The notes: generated by a model not told the origin, from the sequence alone. Counted from the stretch's first letter, positions 51,110 to 61,769 are shown. The stretch: DNA of 64,000 nucleotides from Acidobacteriota bacterium (GCA_965263035.1 OZ253580.1:2272001-2336000), one strand, 5' to 3'. A program made the numbers and translations.

Positions 51110-52305
51110 GAAAAGTGACGAACGATCCTCTGATCCGGCGAATCCAGGATTCTCTCAACCACCTCCGAGTCCCGGCTTGGCTCTTCTACGACTTCCGCTT
51201 CACCGACCCGCTCGCCAACCGGATCCTGGGGATCCCGGAGTCCCAACATTCCACCAGGCGCTGGTTCTACCTGGTCCCCGCCCAAGGGACCCCCACCAAG
51301 CTGGTGCACCGGATCGAGTCCTCCATGTTGGATCACCTTCCCGGCGAGAAGCTCGTCTATCTGCGGTGGCAGGATTTGAGGTCGGGACTCGAGGAGATGC
51401 TGAACGGCTTCTCCAGCCTGGCCATGCAATATTCTCCCGAAGGGGCCATACCCTATGTCTCCAAGGTGGACGCCGGTACCGTCGAACTGGTCCGCAGCCT
51501 GGGCAAGGCGGTGACCTCGTCGGCCGACCTGGTCCAATCCTTCGAGGCCGTCCTGACCCCGGAGCAACTTCGGGAACACCACCGGGCATCCCGGGCCATC
51601 TCCGCCATCGTCCTGGATGCCTTCCGCTTCGCCTCGTCCGCGATCCGGCGGCGCGGAACCTCCAGCGAAGCGGAGGTCCGCGACTACATCCTGGGACGAT
51701 TCCAAGACCGGAATCTGGTGACCGATTCGGCCCCCATCGTGGCGGTCAACCAACACAGCGGCGACCCCCACTACGAGACCGCTTCCGGAAAGGTCACACG
51801 GATCGGACGAGGCGACCTGCTTCTCATCGATCTCTGGGCCAAGACGAACCAACCCCGGTCCGTCTTCGCCGACATCACCTGGACCGCCTTCTTCGGAGAG
51901 ACGCCGGACGAACGGATGAGGCAGGTGTTCGAGGTGGTCCGCCGGGGACGGGACGCGGGAGTCGAGTTCCTGCAGCGGCGCCGGGGCGAAGGCGATCTGC
52001 CGGAAGGCTGGGAGGTCGACGACGTGGTGAGAGGGACCATCGTCGATCTGGGGTTCGGAGAGGCCTTCGTCCACCGCACCGGTCACAGTCTGGGAGAGGA
52101 GATCCACGGCAACGGAGTCAACTTCGACAACCTGGAGACCCACGACACACGGCGTCTGATTCCGGGGGTCCTCTGCACCATCGAGCCGGGAGTCTACCTG
52201 GACGACTTCGGGATCCGGAGTGAGATCAACGTCTACATGGGGGAAGAAGGACCCGAGGTCACCACGCCGTTGCAGGACGGGATCGTCTGTCCGGACGAAG
52301 AATGA
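51106..52305 (+). CDS. M24 family (Xaa-Pro) aminopeptidase
   Basis: DPHY, ADITW, HRTGHSLG, IEPGVY and GIRSE motifs. Confidence 0.9.
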   Translation: MRKVTNDPLIRRIQDSLNHLRVPAWLFYDFRFTDPLANRILGIPESQHSTRRWFYLVPAQGTPTKLVHRIESSMLDHLPGEKLVYLRWQDLRSGLEEMLNGFSSLAMQYSPEGAIPYVSKVDAGTVELVRSLGKAVTSSADLVQSFEAVLTPEQLREHHRASRAISAIVLDAFRFASSAIRRRGTSSEAEVRDYILGRFQDRNLVTDSAPIVAVNQHSGDPHYETASGKVTRIGRGDLLLIDLWAKTNQPRSVFADITWTAFFGETPDERMRQVFEVVRRGRDAGVEFLQRRRGEGDLPEGWEVDDVVRGTIVDLGFGEAFVHRTGHSLGEEIHGNGVNFDNLETHDTRRLIPGVLCTIEPGVYLDDFGIRSEINVYMGEEGPEVTTPLQDGIVCPDEE

Positions 52306-52324
52306 GGAGCTGTCCCATCGGGCG

Positions 52325-52508
52325 GGCGGCGACTTTCTTGTCGCAGAGGGGCGGCGACTTTCTTGTCGCAGAGGAGCGGCGGCATCCTTGCCGCCGACAG
52401 GGGGGGTCTTGGGGGGACGGAATCCCCACTCTACACATTGCGGCAAGACGAGCAGGCGGCAAGAAAGCCGCCTGTCCCAGTGGGCGACAAGAAAGTCGCC
52501 CCTCCTAA
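52325..52508. repeat. REP / REPIN-like cluster
   Basis: Multiple GGCGGCGACTTTCTTGTCGC units; shares spacer sequence with the 40124 cluster. Confidence 0.85.
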
Positions 52509-52516
52509 CCGCTCTG

Positions 52517-53569
52517 TCAGACCACCTTGGCGCCGACGGGGATGTCGAAGAATTTGGCGCGGGGGCTGGACTTGAGGCTGTCGTGGATGAAGCAGACATG
52601 GGTGCACCAGCAGGCGTCCTTGACGATCTGGTCCGTCTCTTCCCGCACCGCCCGTGAAGAGTACGCCCTGCGGAAATCGAAATTCACGTCCCTGAGATTC
52701 AGGATCTTCTCCCGCAGCTCGCAGGCGCGGAGGTCGCCGTTGTAGTCCACCACCAGGATGGTCCTGCCCGCCGTGCAGGGCATGGGCCAGGAGTCGGAAG
52801 CCTCGAAGTTCCGCTCCTGGAGCGTGTAATGGAAGTAGATGGTCTGGGTGTAGTAGAGCTTCTTGAGCCAACCCCGGAGGCTTCCCCCCTTGCGGCGGGC
52901 CAGCTTGCGGCCGTAGTGCTCGTGGATCGGCTTGACACTCCGGTAGAAATCGCCCAGGCCCCGGCGCGTGATCCGCTTCAGACCCGGGTCCTTGGCCTCG
53001 CCCCGGATCACCTGGAAGTAGTGTCCGTTCAGATCCAGGTTCCGGGCCAGCCACCACCCCAGGTCCTCCAGCTCGTCGATGTTGTCGGCGGTGACGACCG
53101 AGTTCACGTGGACTCTCACCCCGGAGAGGGGAGACTCCCGGTCCGTGACCAGCCGGATGGTCTCCAACGCTTGCTCGAAGTTGCCGGGAACGCCCCGGAT
53201 CCGATCATGAGTCGAGGCGAACCCGTCCAGCGCCAAATTCAGATTCACCTCCATCCCGGGTAGTTCCCGAGAGGTGTACTCCATCAGCTCCAAGGTCCTC
53301 TCGGCGAAGAGTCCGTTGGTGGGAAGGTTCAGGGTGCGCACCCCGTTGCGGTGATAGAACATCCCCAGGATTTCCGCCAGGCGGGGACGCATCATCGGCT
53401 CGCCGCCCGAGAGCCAGAGCTCGTGGAAACGGGGCATGCCGGCCGACAGAGCTTCGATCTCTTGGAAGGTCAGGTCCCCGGGACGATTGAGGTCCTCCCA
53501 GTAGAAGCAGGTCTCGCAGCGAGAGTTGCAACGGCTGGTGACGAACAGGATCAGGGTGTTCAGATCCAC
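52517..53569 (-). CDS. radical SAM protein (SPASM/twitch-like C-terminus)
   Basis: CNSRCETC, SGGEP and C-terminal Cys cluster. Confidence 0.9.
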   Translation of the reverse strand: MDLNTLILFVTSRCNSRCETCFYWEDLNRPGDLTFQEIEALSAGMPRFHELWLSGGEPMMRPRLAEILGMFYHRNGVRTLNLPTNGLFAERTLELMEYTSRELPGMEVNLNLALDGFASTHDRIRGVPGNFEQALETIRLVTDRESPLSGVRVHVNSVVTADNIDELEDLGWWLARNLDLNGHYFQVIRGEAKDPGLKRITRRGLGDFYRSVKPIHEHYGRKLARRKGGSLRGWLKKLYYTQTIYFHYTLQERNFEASDSWPMPCTAGRTILVVDYNGDLRACELREKILNLRDVNFDFRRAYSSRAVREETDQIVKDACWCTHVCFIHDSLKSSPRAKFFDIPVGAKVV

Positions 53570-53603
53570 GGTACTTCCGTTGTACAGGAAGCCGGGGACC
53601 CGA

Positions 53604-54812
53604 TCAATCCAACACCCGCGTCTCGGTGGGAGAGACCATGCGATAGGTGATTCCCCGCCAGCGCAGGTTGCGGGTCGAGAGCGATCCCACCATTCCCGCC
53701 ACCGTGACCAGATTGGCCAACGGTCCCCAGCAGGTGTAGGGGATGAGCAGCCAGCCTTTCGGGAGCGCTGCCTCGGGAAAAAGAACCGACACGGCCCGAA
53801 TCCGGAGCCAGGCCTTGACGGCGCCCGCTATCAGAATTGCGGCGACCAGGACCGCCAGCGCCACCGACCGGGGGTCCGGACCGTAGAGGTGGAGGCTGGT
53901 CCGGGCCCAGGCGCCTCCTCCCCACACGACCACCAGATACACCAGTTGGGTGGCGAATGCGGCCCGCCAGAGATTCGGATGGTAGACCCGGGTGATGGCC
54001 AACTGACGGCGGCTCCAACCCAGGAGTTCCAGGAGGCTCGCGTCCTCGTGGGAAAAGCTCAGGCACCGGGGTTGGAAACGGATGGTTCGGCCGCTGGCTT
54101 TCACCGCGCGGCTCAACGAGAGATCGTCGCTCAGGGTATGCTGCCAGTGGTCCGCGACGGAGCAGGAGTCGAAGACCTCCCGGCGGATCGCCATGGCCCC
54201 TCCCCACGCAAAGTAGCAGTTCCCCTCACCCATCAGGGAGGCGATGCCTGCGTTCCAGACCGATCGCAGGACCGATCCGAATCCCCCCTTCTGGGGGAGG
54301 TACCAGCGATATCCGGTGCTGGCTCCCACCTCCGGATCCTCCAGGGGCGCCACCAGATGGCGGAGCCACAGGGAGCCGGGCCGGATGTCCGAGTCGCCGA
54401 AGACCAGGACCCGGTCCCGGCGCCGGAGGTGGTCCAGCGCATGGAGCAGGTTGTGGACCTTCTGGCTTCTGCCCCGGGCTTTCCCCGAGAACAGAAGCCG
54501 AACATCGGGGCGGGAGCGGCGGTCCAGCAGGGACCGGATCACCGGCACGGATGGGTCGGCTTCGTCATCGGTGACCAGGAGCAGTTGCCAATCGGGATAC
54601 TCCAGATCCAGGAAGGCGGCCAGATTCCGGTCCAGACCCGGGTCCAGACCCCGGCAGGGAACGATCAGGGTCAACGGGGGCGCATAGGATCCCGGAACCG
54701 CCTCCGAGGCCTTTCGGAACAGCCGCAGAAACCGGAAGCCTCCCCGTAGCGAGTGGAGCCCCTCGAGCAGGGAGAGGAGAGCCAGGAAGATGAGCCAGTC
54801 CGGCGGTTGCAC
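53604..54812 (-). CDS. GT2 glycosyltransferase (ceramide glucosyltransferase / HpnI-like)
   Basis: PCRGLD, KVHNL, DSD, DDL and RRQ motifs. Confidence 0.85.
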   Translation of the reverse strand: MQPPDWLIFLALLSLLEGLHSLRGGFRFLRLFRKASEAVPGSYAPPLTLIVPCRGLDPGLDRNLAAFLDLEYPDWQLLLVTDDEADPSVPVIRSLLDRRSRPDVRLLFSGKARGRSQKVHNLLHALDHLRRRDRVLVFGDSDIRPGSLWLRHLVAPLEDPEVGASTGYRWYLPQKGGFGSVLRSVWNAGIASLMGEGNCYFAWGGAMAIRREVFDSCSVADHWQHTLSDDLSLSRAVKASGRTIRFQPRCLSFSHEDASLLELLGWSRRQLAITRVYHPNLWRAAFATQLVYLVVVWGGGAWARTSLHLYGPDPRSVALAVLVAAILIAGAVKAWLRIRAVSVLFPEAALPKGWLLIPYTCWGPLANLVTVAGMVGSLSTRNLRWRGITYRMVSPTETRVLD

Positions 54813-54843
54813 GTCGAGATGTCCGGTACGGAGTAAAGCGGGT

Positions 54844-55254
54844 TTACGACCCGGACATCTCCAGCAACTGCTGCCACTGGGTATCGGACACGGGCATGAC
54901 CGAGAGCCGGGGAAGCCGGACCAGGATGAAACCGGAGAAACGAGGGTCCGCCTTGACCTCTTTCAGAGTGACCGGCCGGTCCAGCCGCTTCCGTGCTTCC
55001 ACGTCCACCACCGTCAGCTTGGGATCGTCCTTCTCAGGGTCGGGATAGGGGGACGAGACTACATCGGCGATGCCGATGATGGCCCGGACCCGGCCCGTGT
55101 GGTAGATGAAGACCTGATCCCCGAAATCCATCTGGTTCAGATGCTTCAATGCCAGACGGTTGGACACGCCGTCCCAAATCGTGCACCGGTCCCTTTCCAG
55201 ATTCTCGTAGGAATAGTCCTTGGGCTCGGTCTTGAGCAACCAGTTCTGAGCCAT
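54844..55254 (-). CDS. EVE domain protein
   Basis: WLLKTEP..YS..WDGV and RLSVMPV motifs. Confidence 0.92.
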   Translation of the reverse strand: MAQNWLLKTEPKDYSYENLERDRCTIWDGVSNRLALKHLNQMDFGDQVFIYHTGRVRAIIGIADVVSSPYPDPEKDDPKLTVVDVEARKRLDRPVTLKEVKADPRFSGFILVRLPRLSVMPVSDTQWQQLLEMSGS

Positions 55255-55296
55255 GCTTCTCCTCTCGAAACCGCGAATTCCGTTCCCTGCCGGGAT

Positions 55297-55755
55297 TCAT
55301 TTTATGGGTGGACCGGCAACCCAGTCGTAGCCGATCTCGGGGTCGTCGTGCGGGATCCGCCCCTCGTCGCCGGGGTCGTAGACGCGGGACGTCACATACA
55401 GCAGGTGGGCCGGGCCGGCCAGACACTTGCAGCCGTGCGCCACGCCGGGCGGAATCCCCAGGAGGACCGGAGGATATCCGTCGCCCATGAACAACTCCAG
55501 GGTCTCCCCCCGGGTGGGAGAATCGCTCCGCCGGTCGTGCAGAGCCACCTTGAGGACGCCGCCCGCCAGGTACCACCAATCGGTCTGTTTGTTGTGGACG
55601 TGCCAAGCCTTGGCCACTCCGGTGTACATGAGGCTGTGGCTCCACTGTCCGAACCCCTCCCGGAAGTGATCGTCCGTTACCCGGAGGATCTCCCGAAAGA
55701 AGCCCCGGCTGTCGGTGTGAGTCACCAGCTCCGTGACTGAAACGCCTGCGATCAA
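55297..55755 (-). CDS. dTDP-4-dehydrorhamnose 3,5-epimerase family protein
   Basis: DSRGFFRE, AWHVH and IPPGVAHG motifs. Confidence 0.88.
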   Translation of the reverse strand: MIAGVSVTELVTHTDSRGFFREILRVTDDHFREGFGQWSHSLMYTGVAKAWHVHNKQTDWWYLAGGVLKVALHDRRSDSPTRGETLELFMGDGYPPVLLGIPPGVAHGCKCLAGPAHLLYVTSRVYDPGDEGRIPHDDPEIGYDWVAGPPIK

Positions 55756-55789
55756 AGGACGCGCATCCTTTCTCCGGCGAACCGGATGT

Positions 55790-56518
55790 CTACCGCGTAC
55801 CCAGCACCCTCAGGGTGCCGCCCCGGCTGAGGGTGTATCCCGGAGGGAGGGACTCCTCCACCTTGGCTCGAAATCCCGTCACCTTCCAGCCCTGCTCCGC
55901 CAGACGCCCCAGGATCTGGGCGCGGACCCGGGGACGATCCTCCGCATTCAGGTAACACGTCAACACCGAATCGCGGCCCTCCTCCTGAGGACGCCCGAAG
56001 AGGTAGTCCGCTGCCGCCAGACAGACGTCATCGTCCTCGTCCTCCAGAAACAGCCGCACCGTCTCCAGCAATTCGGGCGAATGAATCTGTTCCAGCGATC
56101 GGATCAGCTGGGTCTTGGGCTCGGAGCTGGCCGGAGGGTATTCCCAATGGTAGCGGAGGATCTCGTCGATACGAGCCGCCAATTCCTCGCTGGGGAGGAT
56201 CTCCTGAAGCGCCCGCAGGGGCCAGTAGACCTGCCGCTCCCGCTTCAAGAAGGTGAGCAGTGGGGGGAGGGCCCTCCGGTCCAATCGGATGATCCAGGAG
56301 AGCAACTCCTCCTTTTCATCCTGGTCCCGGATCAAGGGGGACGTACTGATGGCAAACCGGTCCATGAGCGCCAGCAAGGCTTCGGGTGTGCCCATCTCGT
56401 ACAGGCGCCGGGCGGCATTGACCCGGACGGCAGGATCCCCGTGAGGCTCCTTCACCTTCTTGCGCGCCCTTCTGATCTGTCTCTCCGGCGATCCGCGGAG
56501 AAAGGAAAGCAAATCCAC
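55790..56518 (-). CDS. HEAT-repeat protein
   Basis: Helical repeats DPAVRVNAA and DDDVCLAAA. Confidence 0.7.
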   Translation of the reverse strand: MDLLSFLRGSPERQIRRARKKVKEPHGDPAVRVNAARRLYEMGTPEALLALMDRFAISTSPLIRDQDEKEELLSWIIRLDRRALPPLLTFLKRERQVYWPLRALQEILPSEELAARIDEILRYHWEYPPASSEPKTQLIRSLEQIHSPELLETVRLFLEDEDDDVCLAAADYLFGRPQEEGRDSVLTCYLNAEDRPRVRAQILGRLAEQGWKVTGFRAKVEESLPPGYTLSRGGTLRVLGTR

Positions 56519-56692
56519 GTTGCTAGTCTACCAGTTGACCCGACGTCCGGTCCCAAGAATTGGCGGGGCCGGCGCAACTTGAAAGATTTCGAATTCAAGA
56601 CCTAACATAGCTCTCTGGTTACGTTCAACCGGAGCCATTCCGCACGGTCGCGGGAACGGGGATGCGCCGGATCCGGCCATTCCGGGAGAGGC

Positions 56693-57673
56693 ATGAGAGC
56701 GGTCCTGATCCAGAAACCCGGAGGTCCGGAGGTGCTTCGCCTGGGTGAGGTCCCCAACCCGGCGCCGGCTCCCGGGGAAATCCTGGTCCGGATCCGCGCC
56801 ACCGCCCTGAACCGGGCCGACCTGCTCCAACGGCAGGGCCTCTATCCGCCCCCTCCCGGCATCCCTCCCCAGATCCCCGGTCTCGAATTCGCGGGGTCCG
56901 TGGAAACGGTCGGCCCAGGGGTCGCCGAATTCCAGCCGGGACAGCGAGTCATGGGCCTGTTGCCGGGTGCGGGCTATGCGGAGAAGGTGGTCACTCCAGA
57001 GCGCTTGGCGCTGCCCATACCGGACCATCTGAGCTTTCAGGAGGCGGCGGCCATACCCGAGGTCTTCCTGACTGCCTTCGACGCCCTCCAGCTGCAGGGC
57101 GGCCTGGGACCGGGACAGACCCTGCTGCTGCATGGGGCCGGAAGCGGCGTCGGAACCGCGGCTCTTCAGCTGTGCCGCCTGACCGGAGCCTCGAGCATCG
57201 GCACGTCCCGATCCCGGGCGAAACTGGACCGCTGCCTGAAGTTGGGGCTGGATCACGCCGTTCTCACGGAACGCGGGGACTTCCGGGAAGCGGTGCTCGA
57301 GTTGACCGGAGGGAAAGGGGTCGACTTGATCCTGGACATGGTCGGCGCGGCCTATCTGGAGCAGAATCTCTCCTGTCTGGTTCCCCGGGGGCTGTTGATC
57401 CTGATCGGGTTGCTGGGTGGACCTTCGGCCCCCATCGACCTCTCCCGGATCCTCAAGCAAAGCCTGCGGATTCGAGGCACGGTCCTGCGTCCCCGTCCGG
57501 TGGAGGAGAAGATTCGGCTCAACCGGAAATTCCGGCGCCGGATCCTGCCCTGCTTCGACAGCGGAGTTCTCACGCCGATCATCGACCGGGTGTTTCCCCT
57601 GGAACAGGCAGCCGAAGCGCACGCCTATATGGAGTGCAACCGGAACTTCGGGAAGATCGTGCTTTCCGTCTGA
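56693..57673 (+). CDS. NAD(P)H quinone oxidoreductase (PIG3 family)
   Basis: LNRADLLQRQGLYP, GAGSGVG and GKIVL motifs. Confidence 0.92.
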   Translation: MRAVLIQKPGGPEVLRLGEVPNPAPAPGEILVRIRATALNRADLLQRQGLYPPPPGIPPQIPGLEFAGSVETVGPGVAEFQPGQRVMGLLPGAGYAEKVVTPERLALPIPDHLSFQEAAAIPEVFLTAFDALQLQGGLGPGQTLLLHGAGSGVGTAALQLCRLTGASSIGTSRSRAKLDRCLKLGLDHAVLTERGDFREAVLELTGGKGVDLILDMVGAAYLEQNLSCLVPRGLLILIGLLGGPSAPIDLSRILKQSLRIRGTVLRPRPVEEKIRLNRKFRRRILPCFDSGVLTPIIDRVFPLEQAAEAHAYMECNRNFGKIVLSV

Positions 57674-57705
57674 GGAAAGAGAAAAGACAAGATCGGCGGC
57701 CGGTC

Positions 57706-59106
57706 TCAGGTGCGCACCAGGGAGACCACGTTTTCGATGTGGTACGTCTGGGGGAACATGTCCACCGGGCGCACGCTCACCACTCGGTACCGCTGGGCCA
57801 GGATCTTCAGGTCGCGGGCCTGGGTGGCAGGATTGCAGCTGACGTAGACGATCCGCTCCGGCGCCAAGTCCAGAATGGACCGGCAGGTGTTCTTGTGCAT
57901 GCCGGCGCGGGGCGGGTCCACTACCAGGACCTCGGGTCTTCCCTGGCGGAGAATCAGGTTCCGGTTCAGCGCCTTGGCCGCATCCATGAGTACGAAGGTG
58001 CAGTTCCGGATCCCGTTGGAGACGGCATTGGCTCGGGCGGCGGCGATGGCCGTCCCGTGATTGTCGATGCCCACCACCTTCTGGCAATCCCGGGCCAGGA
58101 ACAGCGCGATGGTCCCGATCCCACAGTACAGGTCGTAGACGATCTCATGGCCGGTGAGACCGGCATACCGCCGCACCACGTCGAACAGGTTCCGGGCCTG
58201 GGAAGTGTTGGGCTGGAAGAAAGTCGTGGGGGCGATCCGGAAATCCAGGTCACCGATGCGCTCCCGGATGACGCCGGCGCCGTGGTAGACCACTTCCTCC
58301 TGGCCCGAGGCCACCGGCGAAAGGGTCTCGTTGATGCTGTTGACGATGGTGGTGATCTGGGGAAACTCACGCAACAGTTCGGCACACACCAGCTTCATGC
58401 GGTCCGGGCGCTGCCGGCGAGTCACCAGATTGACCATGAAGTCGCCCGTGTTGGAGCCGATTCGGATCACCAGGTTCCGAAGATATCCTTCACCCGAATA
58501 ACTGCTGTAGGCTTGCCAGCCCTCCTCCACGGCGAGTCTTCGGACCCGATTGACCACTTGGACGCTGACCGGGCTCTGGAGAAAACAGACCTCCAGATCC
58601 AGGATCTTGTCGTGACGCTTGGGAAGGTGAAGGCCCAGGGCGAATCCCTTCCTGAGCGGCGCTCCGCTCCGGATCTCCTCCGGCATCAACCAGCGGTTGG
58701 GGCCGAAGGTGAACTCCATCTTGTTGCGGTAGTAGAAGACGTTGGGAGAGGGCAACGTGGATTTCACCTCCACGCCGGTGATCCCGCCCAGGTGTTGCAG
58801 CGTCTCCTCCACCTGCGCCCGCTTGAAGGAGAGTTGGCGCCGGTAGTCCACGTTCTGACAGCTGCACCCTCCACAGGTGCCGAAGTAGCGGCAGGCCGGC
58901 GCGACCCGGCAGGGAGACAGCTCCAGCACCTCCTCCACCACGGCTTCCGCGTGCTGGCGTTTCTTCTTGACGACCCGGGCCCGGACCCGGTCTCCGGGGA
59001 CCCCGTTCCGGACCAGGATGACGAACCCGTTCCGGCGCGCCACCGAGACCCCCTTGTAGGCGGCCGACTCGACATCCAGCTCCACAATATCGCCGCGGCT
59101 CAACAT
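57706..59106 (-). CDS. rlmD: 23S rRNA (uracil-C5)-methyltransferase
   Basis: TRAM domain, CGGC, FFQPN, DPPRAG, YVSCNP and DMFPQT motifs. Confidence 0.95.
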   Translation of the reverse strand: MLSRGDIVELDVESAAYKGVSVARRNGFVILVRNGVPGDRVRARVVKKKRQHAEAVVEEVLELSPCRVAPACRYFGTCGGCSCQNVDYRRQLSFKRAQVEETLQHLGGITGVEVKSTLPSPNVFYYRNKMEFTFGPNRWLMPEEIRSGAPLRKGFALGLHLPKRHDKILDLEVCFLQSPVSVQVVNRVRRLAVEEGWQAYSSYSGEGYLRNLVIRIGSNTGDFMVNLVTRRQRPDRMKLVCAELLREFPQITTIVNSINETLSPVASGQEEVVYHGAGVIRERIGDLDFRIAPTTFFQPNTSQARNLFDVVRRYAGLTGHEIVYDLYCGIGTIALFLARDCQKVVGIDNHGTAIAAARANAVSNGIRNCTFVLMDAAKALNRNLILRQGRPEVLVVDPPRAGMHKNTCRSILDLAPERIVYVSCNPATQARDLKILAQRYRVVSVRPVDMFPQTYHIENVVSLVRT

Positions 59107-59356
59107 GACGCTTCCCCCGATTCCGGGAGGTGATCATAGCAGATGGGCCCGCCGGACAAGGCGCGGTGAGGGAACATATTCGACCCTATGTGACCGAGCC
59201 GCAACGCAGTCCGCGCACGATGCAGACCCGGTCGAATGCCGCGACGACTTCTGCCACGGGCTGTTAATGTCGTGTGCCACTTCTTCCGGCGTCCTCCATC
59301 CCGCATTGGCCGGCACCCGTGGCGACTTTCAAATCAGAGTGCTAAGGTGTAAAGCT

Positions 59357-60439
59357 ATGATTTCCCATTCCTTCGCGACACGTTACGGCAGACTCTCCAG
59401 GATTCTTTCGGGGCGCTGGGCCACGGGCTTGATGCTGATCTGGCTCCTCCTGCTGCCCAGTCGAACGGCGGCTGCCCGTACCCTGGACATCTACTTCATC
59501 GATGCCGAGGGAGGTGCTGCGACTTTCATCGTCACTCCTCTGAAAGAATCGATCCTCATCGACACGGGATGGAGGAGAGAGGACGGCCGGGACGCCAAGA
59601 GAATCGAGACCGTGGCCCGCGCGGCCGGTCTCGAACGCATCGACTATCTGGTCACGACTCACTTTCACGGGGACCACTACGGAGGAATCGGACGCTTGGC
59701 GCAGTTGATCCCCATCGCCAACTTCCTGGATCACGGGCCCATGGACGAACTCAAAGAGGACTCTCAATTCCCCCTCTTCTACACCGAGTACATCCGGGCC
59801 ACCCGGGGCAACCGGCAGCGGATCCGGCCTGGAGAGACGATCCCCCTCCGGAGCCTTCAGGTGCCTCTCAAACTCCTCTGCGTGTCTGCCGCCGGGGAGA
59901 CACTCAAGGGCGAAGGCCCCTCCAATCCGGCCTGCGGGAAGCTCACCCGGAAGAAGGAAGACACCACTGACAATGCCAGGAGCGTGGGCCTGCTCCTGAG
60001 CTACGGAAAGTTCGAGTTTCTGGATCTGGGCGACCTGACCTGGAACGTGGAATCGCGCCTGGCCTGCCCGTCGAATCTGCTGGGGCAGATCGATCTCTAC
60101 CAGACCACGCACCACGGACTGGCCAACAGCAACAACCCGGTCCTGGTCTCCGCCGTCGCCCCGCAAGTGGCCGTCTTCAACAACGGCTCCCGCAAAGGGG
60201 CCGCTCCGGAGGTCTTCTCGCTACTGAAATCGCTTCCCTCCGTCGAGGGGATCTTCCAGGTTCACAAGAACCTGGATTCCGGCCCGGACGGCAACGCCCC
60301 CGAGGATTACATCGCCAACCTGGGAGGCGACGAGGGCTGCGCCGGGCACCTGCTGAAGGTGTCGGTGAGCGCCGACGGTTCCACCTACACCGTCACCAAC
60401 GGCCGCAACAACGTGAGTCGGACCTTCACGAGCCGTTGA
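59357..60439 (+). CDS. MBL-fold metallo-hydrolase (ComEC/Rec2-like)
   Basis: LIDTG, THFHGDH and HHG motifs. Confidence 0.85.
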   Translation: MISHSFATRYGRLSRILSGRWATGLMLIWLLLLPSRTAAARTLDIYFIDAEGGAATFIVTPLKESILIDTGWRREDGRDAKRIETVARAAGLERIDYLVTTHFHGDHYGGIGRLAQLIPIANFLDHGPMDELKEDSQFPLFYTEYIRATRGNRQRIRPGETIPLRSLQVPLKLLCVSAAGETLKGEGPSNPACGKLTRKKEDTTDNARSVGLLLSYGKFEFLDLGDLTWNVESRLACPSNLLGQIDLYQTTHHGLANSNNPVLVSAVAPQVAVFNNGSRKGAAPEVFSLLKSLPSVEGIFQVHKNLDSGPDGNAPEDYIANLGGDEGCAGHLLKVSVSADGSTYTVTNGRNNVSRTFTSR

Positions 60440-60650
60440 GCCGAACGGAACCCACGTTCCCGCCGATTTTCTTCGCCAAGATCAGAAACGCCGCCTTGGG
60501 CGTCCGGAAGAACGAAAGCTGGGGGGTAGGGAAGGGCAGTTCTGGATGTCTCCCGACTTCGACCAGGAAGACGAGGAGCTCACGGAGCTGATTGAGAACC
60601 CGAAGATCTTCCCGGATGAAGAGTGAAAATCGGAGCCTTGCGTGAACCGC

Positions 60651-61769
60651 TCAGGCTTCCGATTGGGGCACGGCGAACGGTTCGAGGGACAGCGAGGTCG
60701 GGCTGTTCGTCAGCAGTTGTGACATCAGGAGACCGGAAGCGGGGGCGAGCAGGATTCCGTTGCGGTTGTGCGCCGTGGCGACGTAGAGGTTCTCGAATTC
60801 CGGGAGACGGCCCAGGAAAGGTCCACCCCGGCGAACGGCCGGCCGCAGACCGGCCCATGAGGTCACGAAGGTGGCATCCGACAGGCCCGGAGCCACGTGA
60901 GAGGCCCAGTCGAGCAGTTCGAGGACCCCGTGTACGGTGCTCGTCTTGTCGAAACCGACCGCTTCCTCGGTAGCGCCCACCAAGAGCTTTCCATCGCTTC
61001 TCGGCACCAGGTAGTGGCCGTTGTTGTTCACGACCTGACCGAGTTTTCCCGGCAGCGACTCCAGGAGCACGATTTCGCCCTTGGAGGAGTAGACGGGCAG
61101 GTTCACTCCCACCCGGTTGCCCACCAGACCGGACCAGGCGCCCGTGGCCAAGACGATGCTTCCCCCTTGGATTCGATCCTCGGGAGTCAGAATGGCGGTC
61201 ACGCGTCCGGACCGGACCTCCATGTCCACCACCGGACTATGCTCCACGATTCGTGTTCCCAGCCGTTGGGCCGCCAGCGAAAGCGCCCGCACCAGGCGGG
61301 GAGGCCGGATCGAGCCGTCTCCGGGGAAACGGATCGCAGCCCGGGTCTCCCGATTGAGCGCCGGCTCCAGCTCGAACAGGTCGGACGGCTCCAGAAATTC
61401 GACCTCGATACCCGTCAGAACGGCCCCTCGATAATAGTTCCTGGCACTCTGGATCCCTTCCTCGTCCAGAAAGACATGAATGCCGCCGGTGGATCGATAC
61501 TCCGGGTCCACTCCGCTCAGCTCTACGAGCTCCTCGACCAGAGCCTCGAACAGGTTCCGGCTCAACGTCGCCAAGCGCTCGTAGGGATGGGTACTGGCGG
61601 GATGTCCATGGGGCAGGATGCCGGCGGAAGCCCAGGAAGCTTCCCGTCCGACCCGGCCCCGCTCCAGAAGCAGGACCGAGACTCCCTCTCTGGCCAGATG
61701 GTAAGCGACGGCGCAGCCGATGACTCCCGCGCCGACGACGATGACGTCCGCCGATTTCGATTTCACCAT
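60651..61769 (-). CDS. thiO: glycine oxidase ThiO-like FAD oxidoreductase
   Basis: GAGVIG, ASWASAG, WAGLRP and HNRNGILLAP motifs. Confidence 0.85.
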   Translation of the reverse strand: MVKSKSADVIVVGAGVIGCAVAYHLAREGVSVLLLERGRVGREASWASAGILPHGHPASTHPYERLATLSRNLFEALVEELVELSGVDPEYRSTGGIHVFLDEEGIQSARNYYRGAVLTGIEVEFLEPSDLFELEPALNRETRAAIRFPGDGSIRPPRLVRALSLAAQRLGTRIVEHSPVVDMEVRSGRVTAILTPEDRIQGGSIVLATGAWSGLVGNRVGVNLPVYSSKGEIVLLESLPGKLGQVVNNNGHYLVPRSDGKLLVGATEEAVGFDKTSTVHGVLELLDWASHVAPGLSDATFVTSWAGLRPAVRRGGPFLGRLPEFENLYVATAHNRNGILLAPASGLLMSQLLTNSPTSLSLEPFAVPQSEA

